Part shown: positions 19,851 through 30,725 of the stretch, piece by piece
Numbering within the stretch: position 1 is the first letter of the stretch
How the letters are laid out: every line of letters begins with the position of its first letter
Source: an uncultured bacterium
Lineage (GTDB): Bacteria; Lernaellota; Lernaellaia; Lernaellales; Lernaellaceae
Direction of reading: 5' to 3'
Length of the DNA: 44,747 nt
Assembly (NCBI GenBank): GCA_964534375.1
Contig: CAZHPN010000027.1
Span: forward strand, 1 to 44,747
Position numbers and translations under genes: made by a program
The notes under the pieces: generated by a model
Databases searched by the model: none
Told to the model about the DNA's origin: nothing
Seen by the model: the letters and a program-made list of their open reading frames with translations, nothing else

Positions 19851-19958
19851 GGGAACCATGGGAAGTCTGGGAGGCCTGGGAACACTGGGGAATATGGGCG
19901 CTATCGGATCTATGGAATCTATGCGACCTATATAGGACGTATAAGCCCTATAAGCCCT
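19851..19958. repeat. Drifting 9-nt tandem repeat, about 12 units
   Basis: gggaaccat gggaagtct gggaggcct gggaacact ggggaatat gggcgctat cggatctat ggaatctat gcgacctat ataggacgt ataagccct ataagccct. Confidence 0.8.
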
Positions 19959-20012
19959 CTAGGTTATATTCTCGCGACGCACGCATGGATATTTCGCTTG
20001 CGGATTGCCGAG

Positions 20013-20047
20013 CCCGAGCCCCGAATCCCGAATCCCGAACCCCGCTT
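20013..20047. repeat. CCCGAAT heptamer repeat x5, just downstream of glyS
   Basis: cccgagc cccgaat cccgaat cccgaac cccgctt. Confidence 0.85.
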
Positions 20048-20058
20048 GTCGCCCGGCC

Positions 20059-22125
20059 CTACACCTTCCGGAAATCCGCGATCGCCGAAAATAGGTTCGT
20101 CACCGAGGCCGCCAGATTCAAGCGGTTGGCGCGGATCGCGTCTTCCTTGTGCATCACCAGCACATCGTCGAAGAACTTGTCCACCGTGGGGCGGATGCCG
20201 GCGATCGCGATCAGCGCGTCGAGGACGCGACCGGCCTTCACCGATTTCTCCACCTGCCCTTTGACCGCCTGCACGGCGTCGAACAGCGATTTTTCCGCCT
20301 CGGCCTCGAACAACTTCGGGTCGGCCTCGCCGGGATTTTCGTAGTCTTTGACGATGTTGCCGGCGCGTTTGAATGCCGAGGCGAACGCCTCGAATTCCGC
20401 GTGCGCCGCGAATTCCTGCACCGCCGTGAGCCGCGCGATCGTCTCCGGGATGCGGTCGAAATGCACGGCCAGCACGGCCTCGGCGATTTCCGGTTTGGCG
20501 CCGCGGCTCTTGACGAAGTGGAACAGCCGATCGCGAAAGAAGGCGACGATTTCCTTTTCCAGCGCCGCGCGGTCGCACTTGATCTTGTCTTCGACGCCGT
20601 CGACCGCTTTGCGGATCAGCCCCAGCAGCGGCACGTTCCAGTTGCGGTCGGCGAGAATGTGCAGCACGCCCAGCGCCTGGCGCCGCAACGCGTACGGATC
20701 GCCGGCGCCGGTCGGCTGCAGGCCGACGCCGTAGCAGGCGACGATCGAATCCATTTTGTCGCTGATCGACAACAAGGCGCCGGCCTCGGTCGTGGGGAGC
20801 GCGTCGCCAGCGAAGCGCGGCAGGTAGTGTTCGTAAATCGCCTTGGCGACGTTTTCCTTTTCGCCGGCCAGACGCGCGTAGTACATGCCCATCACGCCTT
20901 GCAACTCGGGGAATTCGCCGACGAGGCCGGTGAGCAGGTCGGCCTTGTAGATATGGGCGGCGCGTTTGGCGTCGTCGAGACCCTGCGGCGAGACCTGGCC
21001 GCCGAGGAAATTGACGAGCTTGCGGACGCGGGCCGTTTTTTCGGCGTAGCTGCCGAGCTTCTTGTGGTAGATCACGCCGTCGAGTTTTGCGGCGAGATCG
21101 TCGAGATTCTTTTTGCGATCGCTTTCCCAAAAATACTTGGCGTCGTCCAGCCGCGCCGCCAGCACCCGGCGGTTGCCGGCGATGACGGTCGCCGGGTCCG
21201 ACGAATCGATATTCGCCACGACGCAAAACGCCGGCAGCAGGTTGCCGGCGGCGTCTTCGAAGCTGAAATATTTCTGGTGCTCGCGCATCGGCGTAACCAG
21301 CACCTCGCGCGGCAACTCGAGATATCGGTCGGGAAACCGGCCGAGCAGCGGCACGGGCCATTCGACCAGGTTCGCCACGTGCGCCAGAAGTTCCTCGTCG
21401 ACAATCCATTTGCCGCCGAGCTCGCCCGCGAATTGCAGGAGTTTTTCGCGAATCATCAGGCTGCGCTCGGCCGAATCCAGAATCACTTTCGCGGCGCGCA
21501 GTTTGGCCTCGTAGTCCGCGAAATCGGCGACCGCGATCGCCTCCGGCGCATGGAAACGGTGGCCGTAGGTAAGATTGCCGGCCTGCACGTCGCCCACGGC
21601 GAACGGCACGATCTGGCCATCGAACAGCGCGACGAGCCAATGGATCGGCCGCGCGAAGCGGATCTCGCCGTCGCCCCAGCGCATGGGCTTCGGCCACGGC
21701 AGCGCGAGGATGAGCTCGGGCAGCAGCGTCGCCAGCAATTCGGCCGCGGGCTTGCCCGGGATCAGTTTTTTCACCGCGAGGTATTCGCCTTTTTCCGTGG
21801 CGACGATTTCGAGGTCTTTGACGTCGACGCCCTGGCCGGCGGCGAAGCCGATCGCGGCCTTGGTCGGCGTTCCGGTGTTGTCGAAAGCCGCCTTTTTCGA
21901 AGGGCCGATTTTTTCGACGCGCCGGTCCGCCTGTCGCACGGCGAGGTCGTCGACCCGCACCGTCAGGCGGCGCGGCGTTGAAAACACGGCGATGTTGCGG
22001 CGCGCCAGATCGAGGGCGTCGAGTTTGGCCGCCAGCATGTCGCGCAGGTTCGCCTCGGCTTCGGCCAGGAAGCGGGCCGGAATCTCCTCGACGCCGATCT
22101 CGATCAGCAGTTCCGCGAAGCTCAT
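20059..22125 (-). CDS. glyS: Glycine--tRNA ligase beta subunit
   Basis: [57 protein letters not shown]. Confidence 0.97.
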   Translation of the reverse strand: MSFAELLIEIGVEEIPARFLAEAEANLRDMLAAKLDALDLARRNIAVFSTPRRLTVRVDDLAVRQADRRVEKIGPSKKAAFDNTGTPTKAAIGFAAGQGVDVKDLEIVATEKGEYLAVKKLIPGKPAAELLATLLPELILALPWPKPMRWGDGEIRFARPIHWLVALFDGQIVPFAVGDVQAGNLTYGHRFHAPEAIAVADFADYEAKLRAAKVILDSAERSLMIREKLLQFAGELGGKWIVDEELLAHVANLVEWPVPLLGRFPDRYLELPREVLVTPMREHQKYFSFEDAAGNLLPAFCVVANIDSSDPATVIAGNRRVLAARLDDAKYFWESDRKKNLDDLAAKLDGVIYHKKLGSYAEKTARVRKLVNFLGGQVSPQGLDDAKRAAHIYKADLLTGLVGEFPELQGVMGMYYARLAGEKENVAKAIYEHYLPRFAGDALPTTEAGALLSISDKMDSIVACYGVGLQPTGAGDPYALRRQALGVLHILADRNWNVPLLGLIRKAVDGVEDKIKCDRAALEKEIVAFFRDRLFHFVKSRGAKPEIAEAVLAVHFDRIPETIARLTAVQEFAAHAEFEAFASAFKRAGNIVKDYENPGEADPKLFEAEAEKSLFDAVQAVKGQVEKSVKAGRVLDALIAIAGIRPTVDKFFDDVLVMHKEDAIRANRLNLAASVTNLFSAIADFRKV

Positions 22126-23048
22126 GGCCGGACCTCCTTGTCGGGAGCGGCGTCCAGACCGAGCGCGGCCCGCGCCGCCGGGGCCTTGATCAGCGGGTAG
22201 CGCATCGCTTCACGGGTTTTCAGCCAACTCTCGGCGCAACGCCGCGCCAGATCGCGCACGCGCAGGATGTAACTGACGCGTTCGGTGACGCTGATCGCGC
22301 CGCGCGCGTCGAGCAAATTGAAGGCGTGGCTGCACTTGAGGCAGTAATCGTAGGCCGGCAGCGTCAGGCCGCGTTCGACGCAACGCTTGCACTCGGCTTC
22401 GTATTTGTTGAACAAATCGAGCAGCATCGCGGCGTCGGAGACCTCGAAGTTGTAGGTGCTCTGCTCGACTTCGTTCTGATGGAAGACCTCGCCGTAGGTG
22501 ACGCCGGGCAGCCAAACCAGATCGTAGACGTTGTCCACGGATTGCAAATACATCGCGATGCGTTCGATGCCGTAGGTGATTTCGGCGCAGACCGGCTTGC
22601 ACTCGAAGCCGCCGGCCTGCTGAAAATACGTGAATTGCGTGATTTCCATGCCGTCGAGCCAGACTTCCCAGCCCAGGCCCCAGGCGCCGAGCGTCGGGCT
22701 TTCCCAGTTGTCTTCGACGAAGCGGATGTCGTGCTTGAGCGGATCGACGCCGAACGCGCGGAGGCTGTTCAGGTAGATTTCCTGGATATTCTTCGGGCTC
22801 GGCTTCATGATGACCTGAAACTGGTAGTAGTGCTGCAGGCGGTTCGGATTTTCGCCGTAGCGTCCGTCGGTCGGCCGGCGGCTCGGCGCCACGTACGCCA
22901 CGTTCCACGGCTCCGGCCCCAGGCTGCGCAGAAACGTGTTCGGGCTCATCGTGCCCGCCCCGACCTCGATGTCGTGCGGCTGCACCACCAGGCACCCCTG
23001 ATCCGACCAGAAGCGCGTCAACGCCAAAACCAATTCCTGAAAAGTCAC
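22122..23048 (-). CDS. glyQ: Glycine--tRNA ligase alpha subunit
   Basis: [55 protein letters not shown]; overlaps glyS start. Confidence 0.98.
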   Translation of the reverse strand: MTFQELVLALTRFWSDQGCLVVQPHDIEVGAGTMSPNTFLRSLGPEPWNVAYVAPSRRPTDGRYGENPNRLQHYYQFQVIMKPSPKNIQEIYLNSLRAFGVDPLKHDIRFVEDNWESPTLGAWGLGWEVWLDGMEITQFTYFQQAGGFECKPVCAEITYGIERIAMYLQSVDNVYDLVWLPGVTYGEVFHQNEVEQSTYNFEVSDAAMLLDLFNKYEAECKRCVERGLTLPAYDYCLKCSHAFNLLDARGAISVTERVSYILRVRDLARRCAESWLKTREAMRYPLIKAPAARAALGLDAAPDKEVRP

Positions 23049-23078
23049 CGAATTCTCCTTTTCCGGGAAATCGACAGG

Positions 23079-23107
23079 AAGCTAAACTCAGTCGGCCGGA
23101 CTGTCAA
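23079..23107 (-). promoter_or_regulatory. Sigma70-type promoter for glyQS
   Basis: TTGACA (23107-23102), N17, TAGCTT (23084-23079). Confidence 0.6.
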
Positions 23108-23153
23108 CTAATGCGGTCGTGCCCCAACGCCCGTCTCCGAGATTCTGCTGTTC

Positions 23154-23257
23154 TTTGACAGGATGGACAGGATTAGTCAACACAGCTGGGCGGAATCCGG
23201 TTAGAATCGGTCCGGCCGATCCTGTACCTCCGCACGATCCTGGGGATCCTGTGAAAA
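23154..23257. repeat. ~100-bp element with inverted ACAGGAT/ATCCTGT repeat ends
   Basis: tttgacaggatggacaggatt ... gatcctgt ... gatcctggggatcctgtgaaa. Confidence 0.65.
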
Positions 23258-23337
23258 TGATGCCGTAGAGATTCACCCAGCAGGTGAACGGGACCCTATC
23301 GCCCGGCCGAAAAGTGGCGGCGTCCCTCTCCGGTCGA

Positions 23338-24705
23338 TCATTTTCCCAATTTGTTCAAATAAACCAGCGCGGTCTTGATCCCCAGGTGGAAGTTTTCCAG
23401 GTCGAGGTGCTCGTTCGGCGCGTGCGCCTGCTCGGAATTGAGGCCGAAGCCCATCAACACGACCGGCTTTTTCATGATCGCGGCCATGTCGGCGACGATC
23501 GGGATCGAGCCGCCCTCGCGCGTGAAGAGGCACTCTTTGCCGAACACTTCCTTGAGCGCGGCCGCCGCGGTGACGATCGCCGGCTCGGTCAGCGGGCACA
23601 TGAACCACCGGCCGCCGTGCATTTCGGTGACTTTGATGCGCACCGCGTCGGGCGCCAGCTTTTCCACGTGCTTGCGGAACGCGGCGGTGACTTTCTTCAA
23701 GTCCTGGTTCGGCACGAGCCGCATGCTGACCTTCGCCCCGGCCTTCGCGGGCAGCACGGTCTTCGCGCCCTCGCCCGCGAAACCGCCCCAGATGCCGTTG
23801 GCGTCGAGGGTCGGGCGCGCGCTGGTGCGCTGCGCGGTGGTGAAGCCGGTTTCGCCGAACGCCCTGGGCGCGCCGGTCGAGGCGAGCAGTTCCTCCGTGC
23901 CTTCCGGCAGCTTGGCGTAGTTGGCCTTTTCTTCCGCGGAAATCGGCAGCACATCGTCGTAGAAGCCGGGAATCGTCACGCGGTTGTCCGCATCATGGAG
24001 TTTCGCCAGCAACTCGGCGAGGACATTGATCGGGTTGGCGACCGCGCCGCCGAAGGTGCCGGAGTGCAGGTCTCCGTTCGCCGCTTCCATGTCGATCTGG
24101 AAATACGCCAGACCGCGCAGGCCGTAATTGATCGACGGCTGGCCCTTGGCGAGCATGCTCGAGTCGGACACGACGATCACGTCGCAGGCGAGCATGTCGG
24201 CGTGCTCCGGCAGCCACGCCGTGATCGATTCGCTGCCCATTTCCTCTTCGCCTTCGAAGATCAATTTGACCGAAACCGGCAGGCCGCCGTTGACCTTGAA
24301 CAGCGTCTCGAGCGCCTTGAGGTGCAGCCAGATTTGCCCCTTGTCGTCGGTCGCGCCGCGCGCCCAGATCTTGCCGTCTTTGATGCAGGGTTCGAATGGC
24401 GGGCAGGTCCACAGTTCGACCGGGTCGACCGGTTGCACGTCGTAGTGGCCATAGAGCAGCACCGTCGGCGCGCCCTTCGGACCCGGATGATACGCGTAAA
24501 CCAGCGGGTGGCCGTGCGGCATCATGATGACGTCCACGTCGCGGAAGCCGATGTCGCTGATGCGGGCGGCCAACCACTCGGCCGTCGCCGCGCAGTCCGC
24601 CTTCTTGTCGGGATCGGCGCTGATGCTTTGCAGTCGCAGGAATTCTTTGAGGCCGTCGATGAACGAAGCGAGGTTTTGATCCACGTGAGCGAAGAGCTTT
24701 TGCAT
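23338..24705 (-). CDS. M20/M25/M40 family metallo-dipeptidase
   Basis: LYGHYDVQP, ARGATDDKGQ, EGEEEMGS, DLHSG, GGSIP, HAPNE. Confidence 0.93.
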   Translation of the reverse strand: MQKLFAHVDQNLASFIDGLKEFLRLQSISADPDKKADCAATAEWLAARISDIGFRDVDVIMMPHGHPLVYAYHPGPKGAPTVLLYGHYDVQPVDPVELWTCPPFEPCIKDGKIWARGATDDKGQIWLHLKALETLFKVNGGLPVSVKLIFEGEEEMGSESITAWLPEHADMLACDVIVVSDSSMLAKGQPSINYGLRGLAYFQIDMEAANGDLHSGTFGGAVANPINVLAELLAKLHDADNRVTIPGFYDDVLPISAEEKANYAKLPEGTEELLASTGAPRAFGETGFTTAQRTSARPTLDANGIWGGFAGEGAKTVLPAKAGAKVSMRLVPNQDLKKVTAAFRKHVEKLAPDAVRIKVTEMHGGRWFMCPLTEPAIVTAAAALKEVFGKECLFTREGGSIPIVADMAAIMKKPVVLMGFGLNSEQAHAPNEHLDLENFHLGIKTALVYLNKLGK

Positions 24706-24716
24706 GAATGCCCCCC

Positions 24717-26024
24717 TTACCCCAGGTTGAGTTGCCATTTACGGTGAATTTTTTGGTAGAGCTTGGCCGACGCGAGGCAAACCCCATAGGCGAGGCCGGC
24801 GCCCATCACCCCGCCGATCAGCAAGCTGACGGCCAGGTCGTTGAACCGCGCGTTGGGCATCGCGTAGACGGCGAAATAGGCCGCGAAACCGTAGGCGATG
24901 CCGCCGGCGACCGCAAAGTACGAATCGATGCGCAACGGCTTGATCAGCCAGTCGACCAGACCGAAAAGGAAAGCGGTCAACGCGCCGAAAATCGTCAAGA
25001 CGATCGGAAATTGGCGATCCGCATAGACGGCGAACTCGATTTGCGGCTCGGCCTGATCGCCCAGCATCGCGACCTGCAGTTCGTAGTCGCCTGGGGCCGG
25101 CACGTTCAGCACGTGCGGCATGAGGGTCTTCACGACCTCGACGGCGCCGTGCGCCCGCTTGCTCACGCGGCGATAGGTGCGCTCCTGTTCGAATTTGCCG
25201 GCATAATCGCCGCCGGACACCGGGCGGCCGTCGGCGGAGCGAAGCTGCACGTCGTAGGCCGCTTCCAACTTGTAGTTGCCCGTCGGCGGCGCTTTCTTGG
25301 TCGCGGTCGCGCCCGTCGTGCCGGCGGCGCCAGCCGCGCCGGTCGCGCCGGTCGTGCCGGCGGCGCCAACCGCGCCGGTCGCGCCCGTCGTGCCGGTCGC
25401 GGCCGCGGTCGCGTCGTCGGCGGCCTTCTGTTTTTGATCGACCGACGGGAAACGGCCTTGCAGGAACAAGCGGTAATGCGTGCCCGGCGTGTGAATCATC
25501 ACTTTGGACGTTTCCGACTTTCCCTTGGGGATGACGCCTTTCGCGACCGGGTCGCCGAAGGTGGCGCCGGTGACGACGGCGAAGCCGCACACCAGCAACG
25601 CCACGGCGCTGCCGCCGATGACGATCGCCCGGGCGAAGGGCCGGCGCAGTTGGCGATAGTTGCGGTAGATCGGGGCGCCCACGACGAACAGCAGGCTGGC
25701 GCCGCCGACGATGAACATCAGAATCACGCTCAAGTCGACGCCGAACACCGCCTTGTCGAATTGGGCGACCGCGTAGCCGACCACGAGTATTCCGAGCCAG
25801 ATGATCGCCGGCAGGAATACGCTGGGCGTTTCGACCGTCGCCGCCAACGCGCGCTTCGGTTTCTTCGCCTCGGCTTCTTTGGCGACGTTCGCCAGGGCCG
25901 CCTGCTTGACGTTGGCGTCGAGGCCGCGTTTCGGCATTTTCGGCGGGGCGACGTCCCCGAAGTTGATTTCGGCCGGCGCCTTCTTCTGCGGCGGGCGCGG
26001 CGGTTTGGACCCTTTTCGTGCCAT
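24717..26024 (-). CDS. Hypothetical membrane protein with an internal Gly-X-Y repeat
   Basis: Basic N-terminus, 3 TMs, soluble domain containing GTTGATGAVGAA repeats, 3 C-terminal TMs; GAGGA RBS before MARKGS. Confidence 0.75.
   Translation of the reverse strand: MARKGSKPPRPPQKKAPAEINFGDVAPPKMPKRGLDANVKQAALANVAKEAEAKKPKRALAATVETPSVFLPAIIWLGILVVGYAVAQFDKAVFGVDLSVILMFIVGGASLLFVVGAPIYRNYRQLRRPFARAIVIGGSAVALLVCGFAVVTGATFGDPVAKGVIPKGKSETSKVMIHTPGTHYRLFLQGRFPSVDQKQKAADDATAAATGTTGATGAVGAAGTTGATGAAGAAGTTGATATKKAPPTGNYKLEAAYDVQLRSADGRPVSGGDYAGKFEQERTYRRVSKRAHGAVEVVKTLMPHVLNVPAPGDYELQVAMLGDQAEPQIEFAVYADRQFPIVLTIFGALTAFLFGLVDWLIKPLRIDSYFAVAGGIAYGFAAYFAVYAMPNARFNDLAVSLLIGGVMGAGLAYGVCLASAKLYQKIHRKWQLNLG
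25306..25395. repeat. 36-nt coding tandem repeat x2.5
   Basis: gtcgcgcccgtcgtgccggcggcgccagccgcgccg repeated with few changes. Confidence 0.85.
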
Positions 26025-26127
26025 GTAAAAATCCTCGATTGGTGCGAGCTTGCCAGCGCTCCTGGCCAAGCCAGGATGCGCATCATAACGGCAACGATAC
26101 GAGAAATCCAGACAGCGGGCTGCGCCG

Positions 26128-28860
26128 CTATTTTTTCACGCGGCGATCCAGCCGCAGCGCGCGGATGATCGCCGGCAGGCCGAACATCGCGACCGCCAAG
26201 TTGATCGGGATCGCCACCACCAGCACCTGGCCGAACGAGATCATGCCGCGATGGTGCGCGAACAGCAGCGAGCCGAAGCCGGCAATCGCGGTCGCCGCGG
26301 CCAGCCACAGGGCGTTGCCGGTCGTCGCGACCACGCGGCTGAGGTCGACGCCGTCCGGTTCGCGCCAGCGGTGGGTCATGAAAATGCCGTAGTCGATGCC
26401 GATGCCCATCAGGATCGGCAGAAAGAGTTGATTGGCCATGTTGAGTTGCCGGCCGGTCACCGCGAGCAGCCCGAGCGTCACCGTGACGGACGTGGCCAGC
26501 GGGAACATCGTCAGCAGCACCGCGGTCGCCGAGCGGAAATCGACGAGCACCAGCAGAAAAATGATGACCGCCGCCCACCACGAGGCCTGCACGAAACCGC
26601 GGTGAATCATGCGCGTCGTGGTCTGATAAACGACCGCAAAACCGGTGGTGCGTTTGACGCCGTCGTCGCGTCCGAACACGGCGCCCGCCGCCTGTTCCAC
26701 CTCGCCGACGAAGCGATCGAGGAACGCGACGTCCCATACTTCGCTTTTGGGGAAAATCATCGTGGCGATGCGGCCGCTCTGGCCGACGAAGCGCTCGCGC
26801 ATCTGCGGATCGAGCGACGCGATCGTCACCGGCGCGGCGTACAGCATCTGCAGCAGATCGCGGCGGCCGTGGTCGACGGCCGTAAAGAACGCCTTTTCGA
26901 AGGCCGCTTCATTCTGCGCGGCGCCGGGCCTCGCGAGCGCGGCGTCGATCGTTTGAAAGCGCCCCAGCACCTTTTCCAGGCCGGACACCAATTCTTTCAG
27001 GCCGCCGCCGAATGCGTCTTCCTGGGCGGTTTCGACGCGCTTGGTCAACCGCGCGAGGTGGGCGCGCAGCGCGGCGATGTCGGGCGGCGCCGTCGGCACG
27101 GCGACCGGAACCGACTCGACGATCTTGGCCAAATCCGGCAGCAGCTCTTGTTTTTCTTCCTGGTCCGGCGGCAGCAGCATCGAGATCGATTCGACGCTGG
27201 AGATCGTCGGTTTGTTTTCCAGCGCTTTTTGCAATTCGCGCACCTGCTCGAGGTTGTCGGCGACGACCGAAATGAACTGCGTTTTGTAAGGCGTCGCCTT
27301 CTCCAGTTGATCGCCGACCCGCACGGCTTCGCTGTTCACCGCGAGCAGATTATTGAGGTTGTAGTCGAAGCGCAGCCGCGGAATCTGCGTGATCGCAACC
27401 GCGATGACGATAAAAATCGCGACCGCGACCGACTTCGGGAACCGCAGCACGCCGTCGGATGCGCGCCGCAGCAGCCGCGACTCGCCGTGACTGGCCGCGT
27501 GCCGCACCTTTCGCGCCGGCGGCGGGAAATGCGCGACGAGCGCCGGGTGTACGAAGAACGACGCGATCAGCGCGCAAAAAATGCCCGTGCCGGCGACGAT
27601 GCCGAGTTCCGAAAACGCCGGCTGATCGGTCATCGCGATCGCGAAAAACGCCGCGATCGTCGCCGCGGCTCCGCTGCCCACACCCTGCCCGACGTTGGTC
27701 AGCGTGTTGTGAATCGCCTCGTCGGTCGTGCGCCCGAGCGCGACTTCCTCGTCGAACCGGCGCACGAAGACGACGCCGTAATCGATGCCCAGGCCGAAGA
27801 GAATGCCGACGAACGCCGAAGTCAGGTAGTTCAAATGCCCGACGGTGAAATAGGTGACGCCGAAGTTCCAGACGACGCTGAACAACACCGGCACGAACAT
27901 CAGCAGCGTGCGATGGAACGACACACAGGCGATCCAGACGATCAGAAAAATGACGATCGGCGCGATGATCGAGACCTTGCCGAGATCGCCTTTGATCAGC
28001 CCGATTTCCTCTTCGATCGACACCGGCCAGCCGGTGAAGCCGGCCGTCACGCCCGGGTGTTTGCGCAAAGCGCGGGCCGTCGCCGCGCGGGCGTGCTTCA
28101 TGAACGGCACGACGTACTCGGTGTTGTCGATGCTCTGGGATTGCTGCACGAACATGATCTTCATGCGGCCGTGGTCGCCGATGAGAAACCCTTGCTCGTC
28201 GCTGCGGGAGTCGCTGAAGCGGGCGGCCATTTCGCCCATCGTCTTCTCGCCGAGCGCGAACGTCGCCTGCTCGGGCGTCTCGAGGAATTTCTGCCATTCG
28301 CCGAGGAACCGGTCGGCGATCTCGAACCCTTCGGCGACGGCCTTCTTGTCGCTCATCGCGGTTTGCGAAATCTGCCCGGCTTCGATCTCGGCGACGCCCA
28401 GCACCCCGGCCCATGTGCCCGCGGCGAAAACCTTCGACAGCAGCGGCCGGTATTGCTTCAGTCCGGCGTCGAGTTTTTTGAGTTCGGGCAGCGGCAGATA
28501 GTACAGGCCCGATTTTTTCATCGTCTCGAGATCGATCTTGAAAAAGACGTTCTTCACCCATTCCTTTTCGCCCAACAACTCCGCCGCCACGTCGGTCGCC
28601 GCGGCGCGCGTTTCGGCGGGATCGCCCTGCAGCAAGATGATCAGTTGATTCTGCGCCCCGAAATCGGCGGCGAAATCGATGTAGCGCTTCTGCACCGGCA
28701 ACCGGGAGTCGACCATGCCCTCGCGGGTCGTCAGGATCGGCAGGCGGGTCATCAGCACGCCGGAAACGGCGGTCAGCGCGGCGGCGACGCCGATGATCCA
28801 CCAGGCGCGCGAGGTGACGGCGCACTTCGACAGGAACGCGTAGAATTTGTCTCGCAGCAT
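26128..28860 (-). CDS. MMPL/RND family lipid transporter (HpnN-like)
   Basis: Two-fold RND topology; GLGIDYG and GIGIDYG motifs; AFSELG; GFGSL. Confidence 0.88.
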   Translation of the reverse strand: MLRDKFYAFLSKCAVTSRAWWIIGVAAALTAVSGVLMTRLPILTTREGMVDSRLPVQKRYIDFAADFGAQNQLIILLQGDPAETRAAATDVAAELLGEKEWVKNVFFKIDLETMKKSGLYYLPLPELKKLDAGLKQYRPLLSKVFAAGTWAGVLGVAEIEAGQISQTAMSDKKAVAEGFEIADRFLGEWQKFLETPEQATFALGEKTMGEMAARFSDSRSDEQGFLIGDHGRMKIMFVQQSQSIDNTEYVVPFMKHARAATARALRKHPGVTAGFTGWPVSIEEEIGLIKGDLGKVSIIAPIVIFLIVWIACVSFHRTLLMFVPVLFSVVWNFGVTYFTVGHLNYLTSAFVGILFGLGIDYGVVFVRRFDEEVALGRTTDEAIHNTLTNVGQGVGSGAAATIAAFFAIAMTDQPAFSELGIVAGTGIFCALIASFFVHPALVAHFPPPARKVRHAASHGESRLLRRASDGVLRFPKSVAVAIFIVIAVAITQIPRLRFDYNLNNLLAVNSEAVRVGDQLEKATPYKTQFISVVADNLEQVRELQKALENKPTISSVESISMLLPPDQEEKQELLPDLAKIVESVPVAVPTAPPDIAALRAHLARLTKRVETAQEDAFGGGLKELVSGLEKVLGRFQTIDAALARPGAAQNEAAFEKAFFTAVDHGRRDLLQMLYAAPVTIASLDPQMRERFVGQSGRIATMIFPKSEVWDVAFLDRFVGEVEQAAGAVFGRDDGVKRTTGFAVVYQTTTRMIHRGFVQASWWAAVIIFLLVLVDFRSATAVLLTMFPLATSVTVTLGLLAVTGRQLNMANQLFLPILMGIGIDYGIFMTHRWREPDGVDLSRVVATTGNALWLAAATAIAGFGSLLFAHHRGMISFGQVLVVAIPINLAVAMFGLPAIIRALRLDRRVKK

Positions 28861-28969
28861 GGGCGCGGATTGTAGAGAAGCGCCCGCGATTTTTCAACGC
28901 CAAAAGACTGTTTTGTTCTCAAATGTTGCGTGGGCGATGGCGCCGCGAACGGTGGGGAACGGCTGGGCC

Positions 28970-30568
28970 CTATTTCAAATCGAGCGCTCTTCTCTTGTCG
29001 ACGCCGAGGCGTTCGAGTTCACGGCGGATTTCCGGATCGTCCGGATCGAGCAAACCCGCTTTTTGGAAATGGGACGACGCCTCGCCGGGTTTGTTTTCAA
29101 ATTGCTTGATCCGGCCCAGATAGTAATATGCACGGGCGTTCGCCGGGTCGAGTTTGAGCGCCCGTTCGAGCAGTTCGCAGCACCGGCCGATTTCCGCGGC
29201 GCTGTTCTTGGCGCCGGACTCGAAGCGGACCCACGCCAGCATCGCCAGCGCGTCGGCGCTTTTCGGATTGTCGAAAACCGCCTGGCGCAACAGCGGCGCC
29301 GCCCGGGAATACTCGCCCCGGTCGAATAACAAACGCGCTTCGACAATCGTTTCCACGGCGCCGGCTGCCGGTTGGGCAATGGCCGCCGCGCGGCCCGGTC
29401 GGCTGTCGTCGGCGGCCTTGTCCACACGGAGGGCGCCGCCGAGGCGCAACAGGCAAACGATACGCAACAGCCGAGCGAAAGTGTCGGCGCAGCTGACGCT
29501 GAGTTCGTCGAGTGATTTGCCCACGCAGCCGTCGATCGCTCTCGCGTCGGCGGCGGGCAGATCCAGCAAATGGCAGACAACCGGGAAATCGTCGGTCAGC
29601 CCGAGCGGCGCCTGTCGCTTATCGACGGGGAAAAACGTCTTCAGCAACTCCGCGGACGGCGCGATGTTGAGGATCCCGTCTTTCAGGATCGAGCTCAACG
29701 GCACGGGCGTCATCATCTCGTGCAATTCGCAGACGCCGGGGGCGAATTCGTAATCCGCGCCGTCCCAGGATCCCTGAAACAGGCGCAGGAACTTCAGCGT
29801 TTTTTGCTGCTGGAGAAACTGCTTCCGATCCTGGTCCGTGATGACTTCGAGCCGCACGAGCGCCTCGCCTTGCAGAACGTTCATCTGCTGCGCGCGGCGC
29901 AACGACGCCTCGTGTTCCGTCCTCGTGATTTTTTTCAGCCGAATTAAAAACGCGCCGAAGGTGTCCTCCCAGATGTAGTCGGAGCCCACCTCGACGAGCA
30001 GACCGTCGCGCACCACAGCCTTGAGGAAATGCTTGTCGCTTTGCACCACAATGTCGCCGGCCGCGCGGTTTTCCAGCAGGCGGAACAACAAACGCCCGAC
30101 CGCCCGGCAGTCGACCTTGCCCTTCGTCGTCATCGTCGCCAGGGGATCGGCCTCTTTTTTCTCCGCAGCGGCCGGCGCGGGCGTCGCCAACGATTCGTTT
30201 TCCAGCCATTTTCGCACGAAGTCCCACAGCGCCGAATCCGTGGGCGGGAAGACGAGAAAATCCTGCGGCCGCGCGCGTGGATTCCGCTTTTCCCATTCGG
30301 CTCGCGCCGCGTCGTCGGGCACGATCAGCGTCAGCGGCACGTTGGCCAACTTGGGGTCGTTCCGGAAGGAGCCGACGAGGTTGTTTTTGGGGTCGCCGGC
30401 CAGCGCCACGTCGCAGAGCACGACGTTCGGCTCAAACTCGCGGGCCGCCGGCAGCAAACTGGCCGACGCGGCGCACATCTTCACCAAATATCCGTTTTTG
30501 TAGAAAAAATTAAACAGCAGGCCTTCGTGTTTCTTGTTTTCCGAGACAATGAAGATCTTCTTGCGCAT
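28970..30568 (-). CDS. Receiver-like domain + DUF4388-like domain + TPR protein
   Basis: N-terminal CheY-like fold (PNVVLCD), central FGAFLIRLKKIT...QGEALVRL, C-terminal TPRs (ALKLDPANARAYYYLG). Confidence 0.7.
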   Translation of the reverse strand: MRKKIFIVSENKKHEGLLFNFFYKNGYLVKMCAASASLLPAAREFEPNVVLCDVALAGDPKNNLVGSFRNDPKLANVPLTLIVPDDAARAEWEKRNPRARPQDFLVFPPTDSALWDFVRKWLENESLATPAPAAAEKKEADPLATMTTKGKVDCRAVGRLLFRLLENRAAGDIVVQSDKHFLKAVVRDGLLVEVGSDYIWEDTFGAFLIRLKKITRTEHEASLRRAQQMNVLQGEALVRLEVITDQDRKQFLQQQKTLKFLRLFQGSWDGADYEFAPGVCELHEMMTPVPLSSILKDGILNIAPSAELLKTFFPVDKRQAPLGLTDDFPVVCHLLDLPAADARAIDGCVGKSLDELSVSCADTFARLLRIVCLLRLGGALRVDKAADDSRPGRAAAIAQPAAGAVETIVEARLLFDRGEYSRAAPLLRQAVFDNPKSADALAMLAWVRFESGAKNSAAEIGRCCELLERALKLDPANARAYYYLGRIKQFENKPGEASSHFQKAGLLDPDDPEIRRELERLGVDKRRALDLK

Positions 30569-30725
30569 CAGCCGGCACCGCCCGCATTCAAAAAGATCGG
30601 ATCTTCCCTCGGCCCGCGATCTCTCGTCTTCTAACCCGGCCGCGGTGAAAACTCAAGCCATTTGTCGGCGATGGCGAAGATGATTACTTGATGTTTTGCC
30701 GCTTTCTCGGGCCGGCGGCGCGAGA

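Noticed and set aside
19448..20344. 298-aa ORF with WEVWEAWEHW repeats
   Set aside because: Translation of the nonamer and heptamer arrays plus antisense of glyS
23049..23337. T-box leader upstream of glyQS
   Set aside because: No T-box consensus or antiterminator seen; a plausible promoter lies only about 30 nt from the start
26251..28875. 874-aa plus-strand ORF and similar long antisense ORFs (e.g. 36104-38347, 20149-21981, 9354-11090)
   Set aside because: Shadow frames of well-supported genes, expected in high-GC DNA
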